From the NCBI GenBank assembly GCA_010015585.1, contig ML975176.1: a DNA stretch of 64,000 nucleotides; one strand, given 5' to 3'. The notes under the pieces are model-generated. The model was not told where the DNA came from. It saw only the letters and a list, made by a program, of their open reading frames with translations, and did not search any database. The stretch comes from Eremomyces bilateralis CBS 781.70. Taxonomy: Eukaryota. The position numbers and the translations under genes were made by a program. Shown piece by piece: positions 39,352-50,300 of this stretch. Position 1 is the stretch's first letter, and each line of letters opens with the position of its first letter.

Positions 39352-39687
39352 ATGTCTCAGACTTTCTCCAAGAAGGACGTGGCCGACCATGCCACGGAGG
39401 AGAAGGGCATGTATCTCATCATCGATAACAATGTCTACACCGTGTCCAAGTTCAAGGACGAGCATCCCGGTGGCGCCAAGATCCTGAAGCGCATGGGAGG
39501 AAAGGATGCCAGCAAGCAGTTCTGGAAGGTAAGCCGTCCATCGCGGAATCCTCCGGGGTCGAGACCCGTTCTCCACTCTAGAGCGTCGACTGACGGTGCT
39601 GAACCACAGTACCACAACGAGAGCGTCCTGAAGAAGTACGGACCCAAGCTGCTGGTCGGAACCGTGAAAGAGGATGCGAAGTTGTAG
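39352..39687 (+). CDS. Small soluble cytochrome b5-like heme-binding protein (84 aa) ending in PTS1-like -AKL
   Basis: Exons 39352-39528 and 39610-39687. YLIIDNNVY, EHPGG, GGKDASKQFWKYH (second heme-ligand His lies in exon 2); no membrane anchor. Confidence 0.92.
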   Translation: MSQTFSKKDVADHATEEKGMYLIIDNNVYTVSKFKDEHPGGAKILKRMGGKDASKQFWKVSRPSRNPPGSRPVLHSRASTDGAEPQYHNESVLKKYGPKLLVGTVKEDAKL

Positions 39688-40530
39688 ATCCCGGGAGGGA
39701 TGGAGCGAAGCATGGAAGCGGCTGGGTGACGAACATCGGAAGAATCGAGAGTGTCGAACCGTCCCAATATAGAATCCGGGACCGTCGGGATCAAGACTTG
39801 AAGCGGCTTTTTGGCGCGTGCCAGGCGACCGGTTGTTATATCGCATGCGCTTGGGAACTCAGGAGCGAATATGGTGCAATCTGTACACTGTATGGCTAGA
39901 CGGACGATACATCTAAGGGCATTGCCTGTGGCATGGTGTAAGATTTCTTCTGCATAGACGATTCATAAACATGACCGCCTTGAATGTCTACCGTTTACTC
40001 AACATCGCTGGCCCGTTGTGAATGTGGACATCGGTGCCTCGAGAAATCAGAGCAAGAATATCCGCAAAAATCATTTATGATACCACAGAGGGCATCGCAT
40101 ATTCGGCCACTAATGCTCGCTAACGGTATACATACATCCACGGTCCCGAAGGTTGTAGAATGTCGCCCTCAAACTCCGAAAGCAAATTAAGATGCTTTAA
40201 CCATGTTGACGGCGGCCACTCCACGATGTCCCATTCCATCCCTTACAAACGCCGTAAAGATGCAGTGATAATGGAAACAGAAACCAACTCCAATCCCGTC
40301 AACCCATTTGGCCCTGGCAAAGCGAAAGGCTGGTGTGACGGGGAAGATACCGACCCCAGATGCGTAGGAAAAGAAACGAAAACAGAATAGAGAAGAGATG
40401 AACGATAAAGCAGATGGAAAAGAAACAGCCCTCCATAACAGTCGTATTCGAACATCAGTAGAATTCGCCGAGCCGACGAGTCGTCTTCGATTGCGATAAA
40501 AGGGTTCGGCACCACGATCCCCTACGATTT

Positions 40531-42000
40531 TCACGATTTGAAAGCACCGTCTAACTTCCTCAGCGCTCTAGTATCCTCCCCAAAGCCATTGCCTGCCCCG
40601 AGGAACGACATATCCCTCGATCCTAACCGTTGCGCGCTGTTGTTCGGACTCTTGCTCCCCGCGCGACTCCCGCCTCCGTGATCGCTCTTCGCATCGGCAC
40701 CGTTCGTCACCTCGGGCATCTGCCCGTTGATCAGCGCCCCGATGCTGGGGATGGTTTTCGTCGGGGCCACTGCTCCGTTGGTGGTCGATGTATTGGACGG
40801 AGAGGGAAGCGCCAGTGATTCGGCGGCCGCGGTGGAAACCGCCTTTGTAGGAATCGGACCGTTGGTCGATGATGGTGGCGGTGGCGGAGTGAGCGGCTTG
40901 TGGTTATTTGTAGTCCCGTTGGAAGCGGCGCTCACCGCTGGAGCATGGGCGTGCGTACTCGACGCTGGAAGTTCAGGGCGCCGTTCCATGGTGCCGTAGG
41001 GGTTCTGTGCAGGCCCTGGCCCACCCGGAGCACCAGCCATGGGCGACGCGGAGGTTCGGTAGTGGGGGAGATATGAATCTGAAGACAAGGCTGCGTGACC
41101 ATTGGGTTGGGGAGCCATCGTGCTAGGAGTTGGGGGTGGAAGGGAAGGATTCGCGAGGGGAGGAGGCGGTCGATCGAACTGTGTGGGTCCTTGAGGATGG
41201 TATGGATGTCCGTAGAACTGTGCGATCGAGACGGGGGAATGATGAGGTCCGGGGTGGAAGATGGCGTACTGTGTTGGAGGGGTCCCGCCTGGACTTCCCG
41301 CCCAACCGGGGGGCGCGTAGACCTGAATCAAGCCTGGAGGCGGATGACCGTATGGTGAGCCCATGCCCATGTGTGGATGAGTTTGTGCGTAAGGCGACCC
41401 AGGCATTGGCCCTCGCGTTACTGCGGGCATGTTTGGAGTCTCGCTGACGGAAGCCTCTGGGTACATGCCCTTTTGCGGTCGGATGGTTCGTAAAGCCGGA
41501 TCGCTAGATGGTTGTTTGAGGGGTTGAGCTGTGGGTTGTGATCGGGAGTAATAGCTGATGAGATGCAAATGCTGTCCGCTGTTCGTCGTGAGGCTAAACG
41601 ATTGTTTCATCAACCCATCGGGCTTGTAGCGATATCCATCCGGTCCCTCATCCGGATCGTGATCTTCGGATTCGCCGTTCTTCGGTTCCTCTGGACTTGT
41701 CCTTCCCGTTCTTCGAGGAGGATGGCTGCCCGTATATCCGTTCCCGCCTCTTTTGCCCTCCATCTCTCGGTATGTGAGGAAACTACCGGAAACTCGGCTG
41801 GCGCTCCATGATTTTCCATCGGTCCATCGGCGCATACCCGCTTCCCGCTCATCCCAGACGAACACAGATCCGGACTTGATCTGTTGGCGCTCTTTCTCCG
41901 ATAATCTTCGCTGAACTCGGGGCAACAATCCTAGTCGGCAAGCCTCAAAGAGGATTATCGCATCTTGAGGTGTCCGCACATGTCCGTGGTAGGTCTCCAT
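40531..42000 (-). CDS. pac2: Gti1/Pac2 (WOPR) family transcription factor, Pac2 clade
   Basis: METYHGHVRTPQDAIILFEACRLG..GSVFVWDEREAGMRRWTDGKSWSASRVSGSFLTYRE and GLMKQSFS..HLISYY, then a Pro-rich tail. Confidence 0.92.
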   Translation of the reverse strand: METYHGHVRTPQDAIILFEACRLGLLPRVQRRLSEKERQQIKSGSVFVWDEREAGMRRWTDGKSWSASRVSGSFLTYREMEGKRGGNGYTGSHPPRRTGRTSPEEPKNGESEDHDPDEGPDGYRYKPDGLMKQSFSLTTNSGQHLHLISYYSRSQPTAQPLKQPSSDPALRTIRPQKGMYPEASVSETPNMPAVTRGPMPGSPYAQTHPHMGMGSPYGHPPPGLIQVYAPPGWAGSPGGTPPTQYAIFHPGPHHSPVSIAQFYGHPYHPQGPTQFDRPPPPLANPSLPPPTPSTMAPQPNGHAALSSDSYLPHYRTSASPMAGAPGGPGPAQNPYGTMERRPELPASSTHAHAPAVSAASNGTTNNHKPLTPPPPPSSTNGPIPTKAVSTAAAESLALPSPSNTSTTNGAVAPTKTIPSIGALINGQMPEVTNGADAKSDHGGGSRAGSKSPNNSAQRLGSRDMSFLGAGNGFGEDTRALRKLDGAFKS

Positions 42001-44910
42001 GGCGGTCGTCTGTGGCGCGTGTATGATGGTGAAATAAGATGCGGTCGAATCGTTATGATTGTTCGGTCAAGCGGGTGATGACTTCAATGCCTGTATGAAG
42101 ACATCGACTCTATAGGAATTGTGTTAGTGAAAGGTTGGGTATAGTGAATGTGTGGCAAAGCACAACTTGGACGTCGCGTAACGATGGGGTTGTGAAATAG
42201 AATTCAGCACCTTGGCTGTGGGTCCCCAAGGCCACTGTGTTATGGGAACAGTAGACGATGGGTGTATTACCTTCTTTGACCTGTCAACTGAAGTAGAGGG
42301 TAGCGGTCCTGTATTGTTGTTGCAATAGAGATTCTAACAACCGAACGAAGGAGGAGACCTGGTGTGGATCAAGTGATGATGGGACGGTAGATTCCGAGAT
42401 CGCGGTTCAAGGAGTAACACCGGTTATAGTCTTGATAAGGATAGGAAATGCGCACTCGAAGTCGATGCGCATTTCATCGAAAGATCTAGGTGAGGGTGGT
42501 GTACGGAGTCGATGTCGTAAGCGGTGGGCGTATCGAATGGGATATTTAGATATCAGGAGATGGAGGAGAGCGATCAAAGACCCGTCGATGCAAGGAATAA
42601 GTGGAAAGAAGATGGGACCTGGGGATGAGATACATTAGATACAGGCAATAGAAAATCCTATAGGGATATGGGTTGGAGTAGTACCCAATATGGTATCTTA
42701 ATAGCAGGATAAGAGGAAGACTGGGGCGAAGTGTCTTATTCGGCAGTGCAGGGGGACAGTCACTACGGAGGGACAGAGAGGGAGAGCCAGAGCGCGATGA
42801 TGGGGGGTGGTCTACCGGTCTTCCACCGTCCATCCACTCATTATCTAGTCTTGGCTCCTCTTGTCTCCAATCACTAGGATGGAAATAGTCCATCATTCAT
42901 TTTGAGTGCCGAGTTGCGGGACGGAGGTCACTAGCGCCTATTCCGCAACTGGGCACGACTGGGAAGTGGGAAAGTAAGGTGCCTGGACAAGCTTTTTGTT
43001 GGCGTCGAACGCAAAATCTGCACCTTAACTGTATTTTCTCCTCCGCCCCGCCCGTTCATCTCGTACACCCTAATACTAAATACACAGAACACTCATATTA
43101 TTAACTCATACTTGAGTGACAAGGATTCACCAATTCAGATGGTAGTACACTGTACAGTGTACACTGTACGGTCAGGCGTGAATCGGCTGGTTGGTACAAC
43201 TACAGTCACAGTCCACAGACTACAGGTCCTCCTACCGTGTCAGGTATCAATCGGTACCAGTGGTCTTCGATTAGATGATGACTGACTGCCATGCGCTTGC
43301 TCACGCCTTGCTGTGTCACTTCGTGGCAGTGCAACGATACTAGCAACTTTAAACGGCACTACGACAAATAGTGTGTACGCTTCTGCACCTTTAACACTCT
43401 CCAAGCCTCAAGCCAAGTCCTGGTCTCTTGATAGTGGATCTAGTCTCCGCCTCGACCATCATCCATGTGTCGAAACTCAAATGTCCAAAAACTCTCAAAA
43501 GCCACGTCGTCCTCTTAGCCCATCATTTCCGCAGCCTTCCGCAGTGAGAGATTTTCACTGCTGAGTCTTGACCATTGACGCGCCGTCATCAAGACGACAA
43601 GAACAGGGGGGATTGTGCTTCATTCAATATCAGCTCGGTGTAAGATGAAAGTAGTGATGGAGACAGATATGGCAATTCGGTTACGAAATACGAACTGATT
43701 ACTCCGCATTCATTCTTTGTATGACCACGAACTGGAACATGCTTCGTCTGGGCTCTTGCTTTCCTCCAATATTTAATGCATGTCCATTCGGAGGGGATCT
43801 GCCTTACCGGAGGTTTCGCTCAACCTGCCTCATCATCAGACCATCCATGTCCAACTGTCCACTCCATCGGACATGATTCGTCGTATCCAACCTTGTGGCA
43901 CAATGTACACTGAGGCTTGGGCTTGCGGCTGGCAAGCAGTCAATGAGAGCCAATCCACCCATGGCGTCAACCGGCGTATAAGAGCCGTAATTTCTGGCTA
44001 AATTCGTGTTTGCTATTCCAGCCTCTTCTCACCGCTTAGCGGAAGTGGTTTAGTGCACGATCAATATGCATGTATGACCAGCGCTGGCGTCCAGAAAGGC
44101 ATGGACAAGGTCGTCCATCAAGTTACGGTCTACGGATCATCCGGGCTATTGAACTTCCGAGCGCCATCGCGTACCTATTTTGAGCATGAGGGAGGATGGC
44201 AAGGCCTAGACCTGGTTGGACTATTCCAATCGTCTCGACCCTGGCTTACGCCCGATTCATATCCGGTCAGAATATTGATGAGTGATGATTGATATGTTTG
44301 GTTTCACTGGAGCCTGAAGGGCTTTCGGAGCTCAGATAACAGAAGCTGACAGGAGCCAACTTTGGCAGGAATGAAGAAACGGGTCTTCGGACCAATTCCT
44401 ATTTCAGATCAGCCGATGACGAACCGCCATGGACAAGGCGCCGAGCTTTTCCCATGAATGATCCCAGGCCTGAAAGCAGGGGATGAGGAGGTATGGAGAT
44501 CGCTCCATCTTTGTCTCTACACAGTAGTCCCAAAGCAGAAGGGGAATAAGATCGTATGTATTCCTCGATCCGAAGTCCACAGAATCGTACTGATACCGAG
44601 GAATGAATCCAAAAAGCTTCTTCCTGATTCCTTTCGTGAAACAACACCCCCCCTCCAAGCCATGCGGCATGCACCTTCAAGACAGACCTTCAAAGTCCAA
44701 GCAAGGGTTTGGCATTTCGCATTTGGGATAGATTGAAGCCAAGCTGCACAATCGCTTCTTAGCGTCTTGGAGTCTTCGGTTCTCAGAACTCAGCAGGAAA
44801 AGCCGACCGCCAGAGACCGTTCACGGTCGCCACGGAATAGCGGAAGAAGGCATTTGGCATTCCATCCGAAGCACGATCACCGATCCGCCATTCATTGCCC
44901 ATTCAGAGAT

Positions 44911-44949
44911 TTAGGGCATGTTAGGGCACTAAGGGCACCAAGGGCACCA
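44911..44949. repeat. Four-copy AGGGCA-core tandem array (9-10-bp period)
   Basis: ttagggcatg ttagggcact aagggcacc aagggcacca read directly. Confidence 0.65.
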
Positions 44950-47301
44950 GTGTACCGCACTTTTCGCTTCGAACTTCCGAAGATCTTACTATCTTGGTCG
45001 ACCAAAAACTGGGGGGTTTGACGGGCGGACGGGCGGGGTTCAGCCAGGGGCCAGATAAGCTCATTAAGCATAAACTCATTTCCGCATCTCGGCTGCGATG
45101 GGCATCACACTGTTCACACACCTTATTACCTTAATCATACGACTGCCCGTCTGCCCCACACGCCAGAGGTTCAATATTAATATGGCGGCTTGGGTGCGCA
45201 CTGTTCAGTGTTCAAATCTCCGTGACCATTGCGAACTTACTCCTCGGTTCTAGGACGAGACCAGCAGTCGGATGAAGAGAAACTCGATAATACCTCAAAT
45301 CGCCTCAAATCGGGGCCACCTATCAACAAGCCACTCTCCGTCAACGCATCGGTCTCCGTGTCGCTTTTGTCGGTGCGAACTAATGGATGGGTTGGCAGAT
45401 TGGCACCGGTCGTGCAGGAACAGGGCAGCATCTCAGGGCCTCAGCATTCAGCAAGCCTTGGCTAGGTAGGGAGGGGGGACGGCGAGACAACAAGAATGCG
45501 CAATTGCTTCGCATTTTTAATATGGGAGAGCATCCGATCCGGGAATTCGAGCACAATAATGAATGGGGTTCCCTGTTCCCTGTGGCATGTGGTGTTTGCT
45601 AATCTCATTGCAATACGACCACTACCGAGGGTGGCGTGCCAAACTGGCATGCCTCACTCTCAAGCCTCAGGTCGCAGCATCGCCCTGCGCGATGTCCCAG
45701 AGAATATGGATGATGAAACCAAAGGGAAATCGAACGAGATCCGAGGGCCGTGGGGCAAGTCATCCCTGGGAAGTATAGCCTGAAGGTTCTTGTCGAGGTG
45801 CCTGAAGTCCAGCTGCCTATACGAAACTGCTAGTCCTACGAAGAACATCTACAAGTTAGCTTCTTTTTTCATTCTCGTTGATCATTCGTAATTGGTATCT
45901 CCCTTCACCCGTCACCCTTGTCCCTGTGCGAGTTTTCCAATCTGCATGTTGATTGTTGATTGTTGACTGTTCCCTGGGTTCGGGTCGGGCCATATTGCGC
46001 TTCGTTGTCAGGGTGGACATTGTTCTCTTTCTCGATGGCTTCAAGTCCAATTTCTCTATAGTAAGATCATTGCATATTAATATAGGATCCCTGGCCTTGC
46101 TTTCAAACCTCAGAGCGTCATTCCGAGCAAACTGTTTTAGGACCAAGGATATATTGTCCCTGCACGATCTCAACCCATTCATACATGATGTTTTCTCCTC
46201 TCAGTCTCCACACGAGTTATGAAATTGCTCAATCGACGACACAGTTGTTTTGATTCCATTGTACCTCGGGTTGATGGCAGGTAGAGTTCACAGCTCAGAA
46301 CATGGCACTGGAGCAAAATACTTAGCCAATGTCCATCGAAACGGTAAAATGCTTACCTGCCATACGTAACCTGGACAGAATTTGACAGAATTTGACCGAT
46401 TTGGCAAATAGTCGAAGCCAATGTACGCAAATTAGGGCGTCAACTTGCGCCTTTCGGTGATGTATTGAGCTCATAATGTCTCCTTGGTATTTGTCGTTCA
46501 TGTCATCCTGTTGTTCTACCGCAATTTCCACTTTATCAAAGCCTGTCTCGTCGTTATGTGTGCGACGCAGGTCTGAAAGACCTCAATCAAGTTGGTTCGA
46601 TTTTCAGATCCTCAGTTTGGTCTGCACGATTGATTAGGAGACATAATTTAACACCCTTGACAATCTCTTCATTGGGGTTCACAAACGACCCAAAGCAAGC
46701 TTGAAATTAAGGTTAATCTTAGCTTTGAAAGTTATATTGCATGACAAATGACATGGCAGACCCATCGAGATTAATCGTTTGGAAAGAGGTATGGCTATCA
46801 ACTTGAGAGGGAACCGCTGGTGTTGTCCCTCGTTTTAGTCCTTTCACCGGGGCCCAGATCACTTCCAGTAGATCAAGGGCAAGGATTGGGGTTGAACTCG
46901 AGCAGAAGCGAGGTTGGGTTCGCTACAAATGTCCAAAACGAAACGCCAAACGAATTGAGCAAGTCTGGCTGGTAGGAATGTTTCCCAATGTCAATTGATC
47001 TTGAATTGTACATTATATTATATGAGAAATCGTCTATGGCGAGTATCTTCCGTATTGATATTGACCACCGTCTATCTTGCAGTAGTTCTATAACGGTCTC
47101 ATAAGATGACCTGCTGGACCGGTAATTATGTCGCCTTGCCTATCGCAAAGCACCTAGACTCCATAAACCAAACCCGGAGCACAGTACATAGTAGTTTCAT
47201 GGTACAGATAGAGGGGAAATAGGAACGCTCGATTGAATGGCAACAATTCCCTGTCTGTCCGGTGAGTGCCTTATCAGCCCTATAGTTTCCCATCGCCCCT
47301 T

Positions 47302-50300
47302 TCAACGCCGTCGATGGGGCGACGCTCTCTGTTCTCCTTCGCCCTCAATTTGATCGGTATCTGCATCCTCTGCTACCCCTTCCCAAACCTCCTCGTCCCC
47401 GTCATCTTCGTCCCTTTCAAGTCCTTCAACGTCGCTCAGCCTTAACGCTTGCTCTTCTCGATCATCGTCTTCATCGTCATCCCCATCATCATCTCCAAAC
47501 TCGTACTCAAAATCGTCTACGGACATCAAACCCAATTCACTTGGATCAATGGCCCAGTCGTTTCCACCGTAAGCTGCAATACCCTGGTTAATACTCCCTC
47601 CGCCGCTATTACTCCCGATAGCACTCCCACTTCCCCTCCGCAAATACCCACCTCCTGGCCCCGAGAACGGAGTAGCATAAGCACATGGAGTAATGCTCCT
47701 GATACTCCTCCGGCGATTCCCACCGCTGCTTCCGCTGATCCGCGTTTGTCCTCTCACTGCGCTGCGTGGTGCATAGCCCCGGGTGTATTGGCCTGGCGTG
47801 CTCGCGAGCACTGCCACCGGGACGGTCGAGACGGAGCCGGACGTGGAAGGCCTGACAGGTGGGTGAGCAGGTTCGTCGGGATTTCCAGAGAGGTCCTTCG
47901 GATCGTCAAATTCATATGCAAAATCGTCCGACGCCTCGGGGCCAGGGTCATGTGAGCGGGCAGGGGTTGGAGCCCAGGCAGCGCCGGAAAAGCCGGTAGA
48001 ATCTGCACGGCTATGACGAGAGGGACGCGAAGGCATGGCATAATCGGGCTGTTGAGCAAATTGGAAGGGAGAACTGGGAGGTTCGATCGGGTCTAACATG
48101 GCGAAATCATCACCAAGCGCTCCCTCTAGACGACGGCGCTTGGCTTTTCCACGCTTGAGAGGGGAGAGCTGGGATGATGGTCGCGCTATTCCAGACGTCT
48201 TGAGAGTCGGGGGTCCAGCTTCACCGAAAGAGGCGATCCGACGTTCGGGTTGCTGGAGGTGAGAATTGACCGCAAGTGGATCGGAGACGGTTCGCAGGAC
48301 TCTGGGTGTGGTCAAGGGAGGGAACTCTGAGATCGGGGTGATTGGATGGAAGACTCCTTGTACATCTTCAGACATGCCGGTTTCCTTCGAAGACCGGAGT
48401 CTCTCTGGTTGAGGATAGAGCATGCTGGATTTCCCTTCATCAATTTCCACACTGTACTGGTCGTTGTGGCTGCTGTTAGGCCGGTGGGAGAACGACCCCG
48501 ACGCATGGGAAGCAAATGAACTCTGGTTGCTCGGAACGGGATCAAGACTCGGGTGATATGCCCAGCACGCCTCCTTCGCGTCTGCCTCTGCGACATGCCC
48601 GACTGAGGCCTCGTCTTCGTGTTGCGCGAGCTCCTCGTTTTGGAGCTCCTCGTTTTGGTATATACGAGGAAGCTCCCGAAGCTGTTGCCATGTCCACCCA
48701 CCAGCTTGATCTTCCTTGTCTTGGCGATAGGCAGCGTTATGAGTCACAAATAAGCGTTTCTTGCCAGATCCACGCATCATGATGCCGGAAGCTAGGAATT
48801 CGGCTGTCCAAAGGGCGGATGTGACCATTTCCCCAGGCGAGAGGAAACGTAGTCGTGAGGACCTGTGAATCTTGCGCAAAGGGATGGTCTTTGCGAGCAG
48901 TCCAAGTGTTTCATCCTGGCCACGGGCTTCTCGCGCTTCACCGTCAAAGGGACCTTTGCCTGCAATTGCGATCAAGACATCACCGAGAGCCTTCTCGATG
49001 GCAGTTGAGACTTCGCGAGCTCCAGGACTGGTAAGAACGACATCGCAAATCAGGCCTCGACTCCGAAGGCGCTTGTATACGATTCCGCTGGTGTTGCAAG
49101 CTTTTCCATATAGCAACTCGCCTTCACCCTCGACCCAGCCTTGGATCGCTTGACTGCTCCATCCACTTGACTTCGGCTCGTGGAGGGATGAGATGCGACT
49201 GGTCGATCGCAAACCCCGAGATTGGGCCCATTCCTCCGATTCTTGTGTGGTATTCGCGGTATGCTGCTTGAAGTCTCGAGCAGCAGCCCAGACCCCTCTT
49301 AGATCTTGGCCCCAGGGCAGGAAGACTACTTCGATTTCCCATGGGGCTTCGAAAGAAGGGGGAGCTGACGTCTCAAGAATCTGGAGACGGTCTTCGACAT
49401 CACGGAGTTTCTCCTCGGTTTCGGCTGCATCCATCGCAGCAGAACTTGTGAAAGATACCAATGCTGACCCGGTTGAGCCATTATTGCTCGCTCTTTGCCA
49501 AAGCTGCTGATCATGTTCGACATCGAGCGAAACCAGTCTCCGGTCATGGTCGTCCTGCTTATTCTCGATTTCGAGAAGGCGTGAGTCAAATTGGTCGAAT
49601 TTTTCCTCGACTTCTTCCGGATGGACCACGGAGAACGACGTCGTCTCGAGCGCTTCCACTCGGTTCTTGAGGCTCGTAAGCGACGTGGAGATGCTGGGGT
49701 ATTTCTTGATATGGTCGTCGAGGGAGCTCAGCAATGGAGAGAGCTGGAGAAGAAGCGAGGGCAGTCGTTTTACGGCAGCCTGGAATGACTGACTGTGCAA
49801 CGGCTGAGATCCAGATGCAGCCTTGGTGTCTGTCTGATGGCCTGGCGGACTAGTCTGGCAAGTATTTTCAGATAACGTTGCGGCAACCGTTTTGGCTTCC
49901 TGGAGCGTCTGAAGAAAGTTGGTTAAGTCCGGGGTATTGGTATTGCCTGTGGTCGCGAGATCCGCCGCGTCCTGGATGACTCCATCCCAGTCGATGTCCG
50001 GAAGAGCTGTCGTAACATCGAAAGACGGAAGCACTTGCGTGGGGCCAATAGCATCCTGCATCAAGGCTGGATCAAGTCCAAGATCTAAAGTTCTCCCATC
50101 GGCAGACAAATGATTCGTGGAAGGCACAGGCGAGTCAGGAACAGTCGGTGTTGGAGTTCCATGTAGAGCCCCTGGAATCATCAACCCCAAGCCTTGATTT
50201 GCAGCGATGTTTCGTGAGCTGGAAAGAATACGCCGTTCGCTCGCGAGATCGTTCGGGGGGAATCCCATCTGACTAGCAGGTCGTAACTCGTCGGAGTTGA

